This document shows, in pieces, positions 36,201 to 49,527 of a DNA stretch of 64,000 bases. Positions within the stretch are counted from its first letter, which is position 1. Each line of letters begins with the position of its first letter. Under the pieces are notes generated by a model that was not told where the DNA came from, did not search any database, and worked only from the letters and a program-made list of their open reading frames with translations. A program made the translations under genes and the position numbers. Source of the DNA: Podarcis erhardii (taxonomy: Eukaryota); NCBI GenBank assembly GCA_964252035.1, contig OZ176205.1; one strand, given 5' to 3'.

Positions 36201-39200
36201 CAACAAGAGGTGTGGGATCCTTGGCCAGATTGTTGAGAACTGGAGAAAGTCTGTGTAAGCAACATTGGGGCGCTGCCGCCGCCGCCGCCACTGCCTTCCT
36301 CAGAAAGAGAGCGATCACTGGGCAGGCTTCCAAAACCTGCTGCCAGTCTGTCTTCAAAGGATCGAGACTGAGGAATGACATGCCCATCACTGTCACCCCT
36401 GAGGCCCTTCATCTCCGTGACAGCAGACTCTGAGCACAGGCACCTCCATTACGTCCTGCGGGATCAGGAAAGGACAGCTGCTTCTCATAGGCCATTTATT
36501 GTTCTTAATTAACAAGCGGCTGCAGCTCTTGGAGACAAAGCTTATAGGCGGCTTCTGCCAAGACAACCTCCATCCCTGTCACCACTGAGCTGCATTCCAG
36601 TATGCAGCACAGCTTCGATTCTTCCACTTCCTCTCCTTACCTTGGAACCAACCGAGATCTGGCTTGGAGTTGTCTTAACACACCTGGGTGATGCCAGCAA
36701 TGGAGTTTGTGCCGTAAGGGCTAGAATGTGCCATTTGGGAAGTAACGATTCCTAATGGTTAGAGCTGGATGGTCTGTGAGCCAGATAGAGACAATCTGCT
36801 ACAGATAGCAGAAAAGTAATATTTTCCAGACTGGTGCAGGAGAAATTGGGCAAAGGGGAGCACCCTTCCTTAGATTCTAGCCAGAGTGGGGTTTAATGTT
36901 TGAGAGGGACAGATAATCACACCTTGCAAACTGACTGCTGGATGGAATTTGTGTGTATGTTTACCAGACTCCTCATAGCCTTTAGTGGGAAAAAGATGGG
37001 GGGAGCACAAGACACACCTCTGTTTGCCCCCCCCATGAAATATGATATATTCTGTTTTAAAATCATACAGAGACAATGCGAAACAAAAACAGAGAGGGGC
37101 AATAATAACAACAACGTTGAGCTTAACCAAATAAGAATCTCAATGTATTCCCTACAAAGTATGTGGCTTGGAGTGTTCTTGTGCCTTATTATACCAGTAC
37201 ATAATGAAAACACTCTTAAAGTTGAGTTAGCTTTTGTTCGATTTCCCCCTTTTCTTACAGCATGAACGACCAGTATGTGGTGCTCTGTGCTTTTGTGTGT
37301 GGGTAGATCTCTGCCATTGCTTACTTTCAGAGAGAGATGGGGGCGGGCGCTGGGATACACGTCTGCAGCTGTGGCTGGCACGTTAGGGGTTAACTCCTCC
37401 TTACTTTGAGGCCAGGAGTTAGCTCTGCTGCGTGGCCACTGGTGGCGGAGGGTGGCTTCTCTTTGCCTGTCTGGCTCTGCCTGCCTCTTGGAAGAGACTG
37501 TCACATATTTTTTGTCTCCTCCCTCTCCCCCCATGTAGCTACGGTTGGTACAGCCCAAGCCGGCTCTGGAGCTGGAATCCTGTGGGACTGCAGCTCTCAG
37601 AGAGGAGGCTGCGAAACACCGGCAAGAGCGGCAGCAGGCACCTCTGTCTGCTTCATCTTCGTTGCCTTCTTGTGGGCACTCTGCCTCCCCCAAGGGTACC
37701 TTGGAGGCTTTTTGGTCCACGCTCAGGGGGCAGAAGGTGATGGGATGCTCCTTGCCTAGCCTGCCAGCATCTTGGTTTCCAGGTGGAGAAAAGGCAGAGG
37801 CTTAGTGAGGCCCTTAAGACTGCCAGATCTGTAAGTGTTTGGAAATGTCTTTTCCTTTCTCCCCTCTGGGGCTGGATGGTTTTCAGTTGCAGCTGCTCGT
37901 ATTAATCAGGAGTTCTGAGATGCTTGAAGGATAAAGTGAAGCCTGCCTGTTCTATTTAATGGGCTGGAGTTGCAATGCTGTGTTGTTAAGGGGCATGCGA
38001 TTTAAAAGCCTTTGACGTGAGATGGCAGTCAACGTAAAAGAGAGGGGTGATTTGCTCAGGCTGCCGCAGAAGGCAAATCCCTGAAAGTTAGAGCTGGAGC
38101 ACTGGCAAGGTATTCCTGTATTGATTGAGGCTTGAGGTTTCTTTTTTTCCGGGGAGTGGGAGGTGTTTTGTGTCTCTGTGTGTAAACCTCTGGCAATTCT
38201 CTGAAGCTGGGCTAGCTGACAGCTCATCACTGAAGGGGACCTCCGCTGGCTATCCTGGTGCAGATGCTGAAATGTCTGTCTTGGGGAGTGGGGGAAGTGG
38301 GTAATGATGACAGCTTCTTTTGCAGTTGTTTTTATCCCTATCATGTTCTCAGATGCATTGCAAGAGTTTGGATTCCTTGTGATGAGAAGTTGTTGCGATG
38401 ATACCCACAAAAAATGCAGGACTTCTATCCCTTGCACTCTGCTTTAGTATTTTGGTGGTGCAAGGCTTCTGGGTGAGAAAGGGAGTTTAAAAACAAACAA
38501 ACCCACACGTACTTTAATTAATTGAATGTGTATAAATCTGATAGCCATTAGCCACAACCACCTGCATGTACTATGTACAATAAAATTAAAAATGGGGGGG
38601 CGGGGAACTATGATGCTTATTAGTACTCTTTAAAGCATATTTCTGTGATCTTCTAGTGCTTGTGAAAATACAGCTGTTTGGAAGAGGCTCCACTATTTCA
38701 TTGAAATACATTCTATAAAAACTGCCTAATTTTTCACCCCAAGGAACTAGTCACATGGCAATTTATCTGTGCTACCTTGTCTCATGTTGCCAGAACAGGC
38801 ATTTCAGTGATCAACAGAGGACTACTGAGAGAGAGTCTAGCTTTCTAGTTTCTCAGGGCAAGCCTTTAAGCCACTATTAAACTAACCATAATTGCATCCC
38901 CAGTGTTTGTGGGAAACCCCCAAGGGGTAAATTGCATAAAAGAAAAATGAATATCTGGTCCTTGGAGTCGGATTGATGGAGCACCTAGTGACCTCTCGCC
39001 AACGAGATGTCACAATAAAGTGTCTCCATTACATACATGTGAATGAAGCCGTCGCTATATATTACGGCATCGGCATATGTCTGAATTAGCCACATTTCTG
39101 CTGCTCTGTGTGTGGTGGGCTCAGGATTTCCAAAAGAGTGGCATAACAAGTGTCACAATATGGGCATGTGACCAACTCAGCACCCACAGCTATAGTCTTG

Positions 39201-42200
39201 GTGGAGGAGCTTCAGCATTTGGCCAGAGCTTGACTTAAGGGAAGACCATTGCAGATTCAGAACCAAGCATGATGATGTGACTAAGTGTGGGAAGCCATGT
39301 CCTGTCGTTACTTCTCCTAGGTATCTGAGTGTAGGAGGAGCAGGCTACACTGCTGACCCCACTAAACTTTTGCTGCAACGTCACAAGGGGTTTTTTGCCA
39401 TGGAGGGTTTGGGCCTGGAAGTGATGCTCCCCCATTGGTTCTGGCAGGTGTTGGGAGGCCGCCCAACAAAAGCTGGGGCTCCAGACTGCTGCAGATCCAA
39501 AAGCTGCTAGTGGCAGTGGAAGAAAGGTTGAGGAAATCTGTGTTGCCATCCGTGGTGTTGCCCAGCCAGCAATTGGAGCTACAGGAGCAGCTGTTCTTGG
39601 CTGCCCCCCTCATGAGCTGAAGACACATGCTGGCTTTGATGGGGCTGCCAAGGCTTAGCCCTGCAATTGGCCTGGCGGTTCCCCAGCTCTTGCTGTTTTT
39701 TCCCTAATGAATTGATTGTTTGCACTGTGCACAGGGAGCCCATTAGGGAGACATGTGAGGGTCATTAGCAAGGCACAGTGGAGCTTGACTATTCAGACAG
39801 TGCCTGGATTGGGAGTGGGAGAGGGGCAGTGGGCGGGGGGGGGGGGGGGGAGGGAACCCGAGCAAACACTTCTTCCTTCTGCATAAGCCACTGTGATGGA
39901 GCGGCTAGTCAGCCTCTGGGGCATCAGGCAGGCAAAAACACTCTGAATCAGGTTTGACAGTTGATGGCAATGCTCTCCTCCTTGTCCTAGAACAGGGCTT
40001 GATGCTTCTGCTTTGTGGTGTGTACCTTGGTGACCCACTGAGGGCCAGATGCAAAGCAGGCATTGCAAGCTTTCGTGGTGGGGTGGTGGTGGGGGAGACC
40101 TTTGTGTAGTTATGGAGTTCTCACGTGTCTCCAGTGAGCTCAGGATATGAATGAACTCGAAGGGACTGGTTTCTCTTGTGTCACCCTTTCGTTGGGTAGT
40201 TGTGACACTTGTGAAACTTGCTCAGCATCTACTAAGATAAGTGGCCCCTCCCCCACAAACTGGAATGTGTTGTGCAGAGGTTTCAGGGAATAGGCTGCTA
40301 AGGACAGCAGGGCCAATTTTTCCTTTTCTGTGACAAGTTTCGTTCTGAAGGAATGAGCACTGAAAATCTGAGTGCACAAAATGCATATTGCCAGCTACTG
40401 CAGTGCAGCTGCTTTTGGGGCGGAATCAGCATCTGTTTTAAGTGCCCCCACGACAAGAATTCTGGTTATTGTAGATGTAACAGCTAAGAACACTAGATGG
40501 GGAAAAGCTAATAATCGTATCATTTCAGAAATGATGTTTCCAGGTGTATAATTATGAAATGCTTTATTAGACCCTGGTGGGTAGGAAACACACGTGTCTC
40601 ATTGCCGGATGATGCCCTGGAGATCCTGCCTGTTCTTTTGAACACTCTTAAGGTGGCAGCAACAGCAGGATCGTATGCAGCTCCTCTGGCTCTTTTTGGC
40701 CTGTTACTTTTATCTGTCGTTACCCCTTTCCACACTGCTACATGAAGATGGATGCAGGATCTGGAGGAGGAATGGACTAGGAAATGCGGTAGCTCCTTGC
40801 GTTCCTGTCGCCATGGGATGTTTAGACCCAAGCAGGATCTCTAGATTGTGATCAGGCAACCTTTTGAGAAGGGCCATAGCTAGATAGTAGGGTACATACT
40901 CAGCATTGCAGAACACCCTAAATTCAATCCCTGGTATTTCCAGGTGGGGCTGGACAACGTCGTCCCCTCTGAAAGTCTGGAGAGTCACTGTTAATCATTG
41001 TAGAGTAGGCAACACTGAGCTCAACAAACCAGTGGTCTGAGTCTGTATAAAGCAGCTTCTGTGGCAATTTGACCTGGAGATTATCTCTAAAGTAATAATC
41101 CTCCATCTTGTATTTATTCTTGAGCGATTTATAGGGGCAACAGTGAGTGACAGATTGCTCACCAGTCAAGCACCTCCAGTGCCATCAGACATCTTCCACC
41201 CATCCTCACTTGTTGGTCTTTCACCCTTCGCCTAAAGTAATTTCAACTTTTTAATGGACAGAAACAAACTTACTTGAACACACTGTTGATACTAAATACG
41301 ATTTAGAAGAAGATATTCTGTCTCTTGACAAGAAAAGGAAATCAGTACTTGCAGGCCAGCTGAGTTGGGTTGAAAAGTGACTCTAGATAGACAATAGCTG
41401 GTTTGGATGGGAAGACAAATGGAATTCCTTGTGTAGTGGGTGATGTCAGTAATTATAGACAGGACTTGTACGATTCAACCGAGGGAATGCCAGATCCTGT
41501 GATTTAGTGTGGGCTGTGCAAGTGAGCCATAAATTTTCATGAATGTGTGTACTTATGATATCCTCTTCAAAGAATGGAATGTGATGTATCGCATGACAGA
41601 GAGAGTGGAAAAGAAGTAAGGACATGAGGCATTACAGTGATAAAAAATGTTTGCCGGGACTGTGGATTGATTGATTAATTTGGACACTTTTATCCTATTC
41701 ATCCAAAAGCTCAGGGTGGCATACATGGGTCCCCACCACCTCATTATCCATGCAACTACCCTGTGACTTCAATCTGGCTGAGAAAGAATGACTAGCCCCG
41801 GGTCACTCAGAACTTCATGATGGTTGATGTGGGATCTGAGCCTGGGTCTCCCCAGTCCTAATTCAGCAATGTCACTTGGAGCAGTATGGCTTGGAAAATG
41901 GTACCTAGAAATGGATCCTTTTGGCTCCTGAGCCAAAAGGATCCATTTCTACTTTACAAATCCTTTTGTGTGCCTATGAATACCTGAAACTTTTAAACAG
42001 AAAAAGTTCTGACAAAGCCAAGTAGTGTTTACTTGTGACATAGTTGACCACACAAGTTATCTAGATTCCCTGCCTATTGACAGCATGCGAGAGTGTCAGT
42101 TTATGTAATTGCCAGTAGCTGTTGGTGATAGTCCAGTTCTGCTAGAGGTGTCATGTTCCTTTGTACCTTTGAACCTCCCTTGACCCCCGCCCCAGTCTGT

Positions 42201-44992
42201 TGCTTATTGTTGTTCTCTAACACGAGTTAGAAGATTGCTAGTTTGGCACCTACATTGGGTTATTATGGAGGGAAATGAGCTCTTGTTTGTTGACTGTGTC
42301 CACATGGTGACTACTATAATGTGTGGAGGGTGCAGACATGTGTGAAAAATCGGTGGCATGGACTTGGAGACCTTATGGTTTAAAGGCACCACAGAGACAT
42401 GCAGAGGAGCAAAGAAAGCCCATATTTTCTGTAGTGTGTGAAGCATCCTTGGGAGACATTAAAAACAGATCTATGAGCAACCTTGTCACCTAACTTGTGA
42501 CAACTTAACAACAAGATATGTAATGGACCAATGTAGTGTATTCTACAACACATACTGAGCACACAGCAGTTGGGATTCTGATCTGCTTTAAAAATGTCTC
42601 AAGTAACTACATTCTTTCGCTCCCTTTCCCTTGAGGAGTCTATTTTGTTTACCTTGCTTTATTTTTAGGAATTTTGAGGTCAAGACATGTCGATTCTAGC
42701 AGAAGGGAACAAAGTAATTGCTTATGACTCTGTATTATTTCACAACTTGCTTTGCCCCATAGTCTGCAGAGGTAGGAAGTTGGGTCACCCATGGATTCCT
42801 GTGTGGCTTCAGAGAGGCCACTCCATGGTAGATCTTGGCCAACAGTCAGCAAAAGTGCTGTGGTTGGGTTGTTTGTATTGATTTCTCTATCTGTTCCCCT
42901 TGTGCTCTGCATGGGGAGCTAGGAGTGGTTGTGTTCTTGCTGCAGCGGCAGGGAGGAAAGGTCTGGTCTGCAAGCATTTGCTCTCATTAGAACGTTAAGG
43001 CCTGAGAGCTGAAAGCCAGTCACCCCTATAAAATGGACTTTGAGCAGTTTCTCCTGTGAGGCTCAGCGTAGGGTCTGGCTGATCGGTCCATGGTGTTTGC
43101 CTTCAGCCTCTGCAGGCGCAAACAAGAGAGAATGTGTCTCTGCCAGGTTCCTTTTAACAGAACAAAGGATGTGTTATTCCCCTTAATAGTCTCTCTGGAA
43201 GCCAACTAAGGTACTCGTCTCCAGGCTGGAAGCTGATTATTATTTCTACATCAGACAAGTGGTGGGGCAAGCCTTACCAACTAGTTTAAACTTTTAGAAG
43301 GGATGGGATACCCTTTTTTGTTTTTGTTTTTAGTGCTTCTCAACCTCAAAGTGGATGCTTAGAGTCTTGAAGCTGGTGAGAAATGGGATCCTTTTAACTG
43401 GGCATGATGGTGAGGAGACTTCACTTTTTACAGCAGGGATGGGGACTGTGTGGTCCTCCATGGACTCCAGCTCTCATCAGCCATAGCCAGCATGCCCATT
43501 GGTGAGGGGTGGTGAGAGTTGTAGTCCAACAACATCCTCAGGGCCGCAGTTTCTGCATCCTTCTTCTTCAAGAAAAGCAATAGCATCTGTTCATTTTTAG
43601 CTAGCATAGTCAGTTCCTGGCCCTGCCAGAAATTCCTTGTTAAGTACGGCAGTAAGTATTTTCATCTCCGGGCTGGAGTCCTCCATCTGCAACGTGGTTT
43701 GTGGTTGTCACAAATGCTTTGTGGTTGTCACAAATGCTAGGAAGAATGGCATTGAAAAAGCCCAATAAAAGGTGATGCCAGTTGATAAGGGATTCTTCCC
43801 CATTTGAAAGGAGATCTGGTCCTCAGGTCAGTGGCATTTCCAGTATTTTGAGGTGGCTGGATCACTTTGAGAACTGACATTTGAGATATGGTGGGGTCCA
43901 GCTGAATAGCATATGCTGGTTGCCTCTCCAGAGTCTGACTTTAAATCCCTGCTGGGCCAGGAACATACAGTCGCTTCCCTTGAGGAAGTCTCGCCTTCAG
44001 TCCTGCATCTGTTCAATGGGAGTAGGAGTGGCTTATTTTGCATGGCTGTTGTGAGCTTGAATAAAGCAACAATTGTGCATATTATGTAATCTGCCAAAAT
44101 TAATATGTGACTACATATTCAGGAAATGAATGGCCAGGCATGGAAGGAGATGTCTGGGAACTCTTCTCATAATGCCAATATAACGGTGGCTTCCAGACCC
44201 AACCCTTGTCCCTGGTAGCAGAGCAGCTGAAAATGGCAAACAGAGGCGGGTGGATCATAAGATAGTTCTTGGGCATTTGCAAGGTCTGGGGCCCTGTGAC
44301 ACAGACTGACAGCTGGTAATTTGAGTGTGGGCTTCGAGCGACCCTTGGGGGTGGATGGTGAACCAATGGATCAAATAGTGCTTGTGCCATTTCCTTTTAT
44401 TTTAAATGGTGGGCTCTTGTTGGAACTGGTAAATATAGCTCAGGAGCTGATGAACCTGGGCTATGTTAACAGAGACCAAAAAACAGCATAAAATTGGGCA
44501 TATTTCACAGAGGATTTCCTGCTTTTTGTCAATAGCTGCCATTCATTGGACATGGTAAGGGATGGGTTACGAGCGGCAATCAGAGTTGCTCTGTTTCTGT
44601 TATTTTTCTTTTGTTGGATCTGGTGACTAATCCAGAGAAGGTCACACCATGATAAACACATCTGTCTTTAAGGTGCCACAAGACTAGTTCTGTTTCTAAT
44701 GTCAATTTTCAGTAGCATCTTTGCTCTGTTGATGCCCTGGGCCAGTCTGAGTTCTAGCAGCTTCATACTTTTCAGTATGCACAGATGTGAAAAAGGCTTT
44801 TGGGAAGGATTGCCAGAAAGTGAACTTGGCAGTTTAGTTTTCCTTTGAAGGATGGTGAGGTTCAGCAGAGGTAGTATGTGCCATTTCTGTGTGCACCAAT
44901 TGCTCTAACATCTTAGCTTGAATACATTCCTGAGCCACTTCCTGAAGGAAAAGGATGGAAAGAGTGTAGAATTAGTACATTGGCTTATATAT

Positions 44993-45365
44993 GATGTGGG
45001 TGGCACTGTGGTTTAAACCACTGAGCCTCTTGGGCTTGCCGATTGGAAGGTTGCCGGTTCAAATCCCTGCGATGGGGTAAGCTCCCGTTGTTCTGTCCCA
45101 GCTCCTGCCTAGCAGTTCAAAAGCATGCCAGTGCAAGTAGATAAATAGGTACCGCTGCGGCAGGAAGGTAAACGGCATTTCCGTGCGCTCTGGCTTCCAT
45201 CACGGTGTTCCATTGCACCAGAAATGGTTTAGTCATGCTGGCCACATGACCTGGAAAGCTGTCTGTGGACAAACGCCAGCTCCCTCAGCCTGAAAGCGAG
45301 ATGAGCGTCACAACCCCAGAGTCGCCTTTGACTGGACTTAACCACCCAGGGGTCCTTTACCTTTT
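44993..45365 (+). mobile_element. Sauria SINE, older and more diverged copy
   Basis: gtgggtggcactgtggtttaaaccactgagcc head, gtgcaagtagataaataggtacc core, ggtcctttacctttt tail. Confidence 0.85.
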
Positions 45366-45939
45366 ATAGTGTCATCATCTTATCACCCCTTTTCCCTGGC
45401 CTTGACACCTGAGATGTATATTTTCAGGACCCACTCTATTTGTGTGTGTGGTTGCATTTTTTATTGTAAGTTTTTAAAACTTCTGATGTAATTTTAATCA
45501 ATGTAGCCCACCCCTGGGACTTTAGGGTGAAGGCAGGGTAACAAAGTTGTTTGTTAATTACAGTACCAGCAGCCACAACCTACTTCCTTCAAATGCATGA
45601 TGTGGAGTGAGAAGGGAGTGATGGTAAAGCCAAGTGTTTTAGCAGTTTCTCAAACGAAATGATGGTGGGGTGTCTGCTAATCTGCAGAAACCTTTTGCAG
45701 ATGTTTCTTGGAAAGCAGGACTGTCCTACGGCAGTTCTCCGTTTTGATCCAGGCAGAATTACCAGCCGCTGCCGACTGGGACTGATGGAAATCATAGTCC
45801 AGAACATCTAGAGGGCACCAGGTTGGAGAGAACTGATAAAGGCTGTGTTTGATTAAATTTCTCCTCTTCCCTTGAATTGTTCTGATCAGGGCCGTGGCTT
45901 TCTCTCATCTCCCTGACTGCTGTCTCATATTTTCCACAG

Positions 45940-46070
45940 AGATCCACGGAGGGCCGCGGTCCCGCCAGTTGCAGCCTGCGCGTTCCCTCCCGGGGCCTCC
46001 CCACTGCCTGAAGCATTTTCCTGTTGACCTGCGCACCTCCATGGATGGCAAGTACAAAGAGATAGCCGAG
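45940..46070 (+). CDS. AMPD2: AMPD2 exon 3 (131 nt)
   Basis: (E)[43 protein letters not shown]; ccacag and gtaatg boundaries. Confidence 0.95.
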
Positions 46071-47975
46071 GTAATGTTACTTCTTCATTGCTGTTGCTTT
46101 CCTCTTTTATAACCTTGGAACCAGGCCTGTGAGGACACCACCTCAGAGTTATACCTACTGGCCCTTAGTTCCTCTTTTCCTTTGATTGCTTTTTTATGAA
46201 ACAAGCTCAACTCTGTAACCCCGAACTCTGACAAATGCATGCGACTCCTCTTGCATTTGCAAAGGTTGTGGGGAGGGGGGAGAGATAATCCATGCAGCCT
46301 TTCACTGTTGGAGGTAAGGAGTGGGTTGCTTTCAACTCCTGGAAATGGAAGGTGAGAGGGAAGTGATCTTTGCCAGTTCCTCTTGTAATCTCCTGTGCCC
46401 CTGGGAATTGTGCTTGGTGGTGGTGGGTGGAGGGGCTGTGGGGATAAATCACCCTCCCCTTCTGTTTGTAGAAGCTTCTGCTGGTTTGACGCTTTGGCTG
46501 AAGTACAGTTTTGCTTTCCTAGGATCACCTCTGTATCCAACCCAGTGTTTGGGAGTTATTTCTCATTGAGTGTGCTTGTTGTGAGGTTTCGTTGGGGTGT
46601 TTCCCAGAGGGCCAGGTTGCCACATTGTGCCAGTTAGTGCCACCCTGCAGTTGAGGCATAAAGTGTTGTTACGTGGTCTCCACTGCCATAATGATTCCAC
46701 CGTCTCTCAATTTTAATTGTGGCGTAAAGGAAAGGTGGACCTAGCGTTGCTTGCAGCCCACACTGGTTGTTTTCATCCACTGTTTGGGGATGCCAGATTC
46801 TAAGGTAGGCAAATCTTGTGCAGTTCTGGGACTCTGCTACTTCCAAGTCCAGGCGTGGCATGCTCACAGGAAATGTGCAGTAGCCTAAATCCAGCCTCAA
46901 AGCCTGGCAAAGTCTGTCCCATGTGCACTTAATGGTTTCTGGAGTAGCTGGAATCTCTGTGAGTGATGAACTGTCCTGCTAATCACAGCATTACAAGAGA
47001 AAGGAGGCGCAAGAAAAAGGAGAAGCTCTTGTTATGTTCCTCTTATTGCGTGATCCAGTTCCAGGCTTCCTGTTTCAGGCAATCAGAACAATTTTTTCAA
47101 CCTCAGTAATAGGTGAGCAATCTCTTGCTGGAGTGTGAACTGAGCCATTGTCAGGGAGAGCGATTACAGGAGTACTTTGGCCAGACTTTTTGTCTGGATG
47201 GGCTCTTGGGTGCATTCTCTCCCAGTCGGAAAGACTGAAAAGGTCCATAATTTCAACTGGGGAATTTGTGGGTCACCGGCAAGCGGTCCCAACTTGCCTT
47301 GCCAGTAATTCTGATGCTGATACCCTTTAACCTATGCAACAGATGTTTCCATTGTAATTGCTGGCACAGAAATTTGGCATTTTGCCTTTAGCTTATCTAA
47401 AGAGTGAACTTACCACAGGCAAGCTTTCAAGAATCGGGTACCCGAGTGAATTAATTGAAAATGCATTTTGATCGACCTACTGGCAGGCTAAGTAATTGAA
47501 TTGCTTGTCTGATTTATTGGGGGAAATCCTTGCAGAGCAAGCCTGACTCAGCACTTCCCAGCTCATGTCTCTTTGTAGCACAGCTCTCTTTCTTGCTGCT
47601 TGTGCTTCAGGGCTCTTTAGATGCCGTATGGAAATGTCCATAGCAAGATCTTGTCCTTTTTTCGTGATTCATGACAGCTGTCTGTCTCCTTCCTTCATAC
47701 CTTGCTCTTGAACATGATGGGGGGGGACTTTCTGGGGGGGGGCTGAGGGTCACATTGCCCTAGTAGAAAAGCTGTGGAGCCATATACCTGAACCAGGTGG
47801 GGCCAGATCCACACAAAATCATAAACCCTTGATGCACACACAATTTCTCTTTCTCTCTCATAACCACGCATATCATGGAAGCAGAGGCATGTTTTTAATT
47901 ATTACTAGCTCTCTTCAAGTTATACCTTCCATTTCCTTCATAGACTTTAAAAAAATACACATTGAACTTCCTATA

Positions 47976-48190
47976 CAGTGGTACCTTGGGTTACAGACAC
48001 TTCAGCTTACACACTCTGCTAACCCAGAAATAGTACCTCGGGTTAAGAACTTTACTTCAGGATGAGAACAAAAACCGTGCGGCGGCAGCAGGAGGCCCCA
48101 TTAGCTAAAGTGGTACCTCAGGTTAAGAACAGTTTCAGGTTAAGAACGGACCTCCAGAACGAATTAAGTTCTTAACCCGAGGGGCCACTG
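47976..48190. mobile_element. Same MITE, copy 4
   Basis: TA at 47974-47975 and 48191-48192; small internal deletions. Confidence 0.88.
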
Positions 48191-49396
48191 TATTTGTACT
48201 GCCTATCCAAAAGGCTCAGTAATTCTAGTGTGATAATGCAAATATGTTCAATTCACAGCTGAATTGCAAGTCCTTCCCCAAAATTGAGATCCAGCAATTG
48301 CAAAATGTGTGGACTACTTTTTGCATTTCTGCAAAGAATACAAGTTTGCTGTGACCTTGCAGAGGAAGGAGCCACGGTTACACATCCTCTTTCCATTTCT
48401 GCTGAGCAGCTGATGGTTGGCAGGGCACCTGGAGGGCTGTATGAAATCTGGCCAGACCACGGGTATCTCACCCCAGGTCTAGGACATTAAAATGTGCATT
48501 CATTTTCAAGGCTGGAAATGTCATTTCAATCTACCTTTGCCACACTGAAGATGTTAGGTCTGCCTTCACTCTTTCTGGTCCCAGACTGATAGAAGTGTCA
48601 TAGAGCCTGTTGGTGGAGCTGACGTCACGTGCTGATTTTAATGGGTCCATGGTAGAGACTTATTAAATTCACAATACCTGAAGTACATAAATGTCGTATC
48701 CACATTGTAGAAAAGCATTGTGGCATGATGTAGATTAACCCCACCTCACAGGCTTGAATATACACTTCGAATGTTATGGCTTTAGTGGATTCACAGTACA
48801 GGTCTGTAAAGTGTATATCTTACAACTTAAATGTGAGGCATGGTCCTAAGCAGAGAGACACTGGGTGTGAGCACTGGTGGTGGTATGGAAGTGTTTGAAG
48901 CTGCCTGCTGTAGCTTCCACCTGACCTTTGTAGGAAGAAATTAGGGCCTGCTTGATGGCTCAGCAGCTGTCGTTTCCTGATGTTGACACATCCGTGTGTC
49001 AGAAACATGCTGGAGAAGGCAGCAGGGAAGACGGGGACCTTGAGATATATTAATCATTAATGCACCTTTCGATGACCTGGGCAATGTGAAACCAGCAGCA
49101 GTGAAGTTCATCTAACAGTCATCACTCAGGCAATTGTAAGTCACTGCGTTGGTGACCCCATTGTGAATTCCTGCCCTGAAAAAGCAGGCATTGTGGCATG
49201 GATCCCACCCACAATACTTTCATGGATGCTGGCAGAGTATTCCCATCACAACAGACAGACTCCAGGGAGTCCGTCTTAATGGACTCTCCATGCTGGTGTC
49301 CGCATTGCTTGTCAGAGGTTTATTATGTGGGAGGCTTAACTACTCCTCCCTGCCCCACCCTCGGTTGACTGCACTGTTGTGCTGCTGTGCCCACAG

Positions 49397-49527
49397 GAGC
49401 TGTTCTGCCGTTCGTTGGCTGAGAGTGATATGCGCAGTGCCCCCTATGAATTCCCAGAAGACAGCCCCATTGAACAGCTGGAGGAGAGGCGCCAGCGGCT
49501 GGAGCGGCAAATCAGCCAGGATGTGAA
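49397..49527 (+). CDS. AMPD2: AMPD2 exon 4 (131 nt)
   Basis: [43 protein letters not shown](K); ccacag and gtaagt. Confidence 0.96.

Noticed and set aside
36917-37720. Longest non-exonic ORF (267 aa, minus strand)
   Set aside because: No recognisable domain, composition drifts into low-complexity intronic sequence, and it has no supporting exon structure. A blastp or PhyloCSF signal would be needed to revive it.
39270-39330. Box C/D snoRNA-like ATGATGA...CTGA
   Set aside because: Too short, no terminal stem, and no rRNA-complementary guide that I can identify.
43027-43216. TATAAAA followed by an ATG and a donor AAG|GTACTC as an alternative AMPD2 first exon
   Set aside because: The ATG frame stops before the donor, and these motifs are common by chance in 19 kb of intron.
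49330-49396. In-frame upstream extension of exon 4 giving a short-isoform start
   Set aside because: There is an in-frame TAA at 49337-49339 and no ATG between it and the exon.
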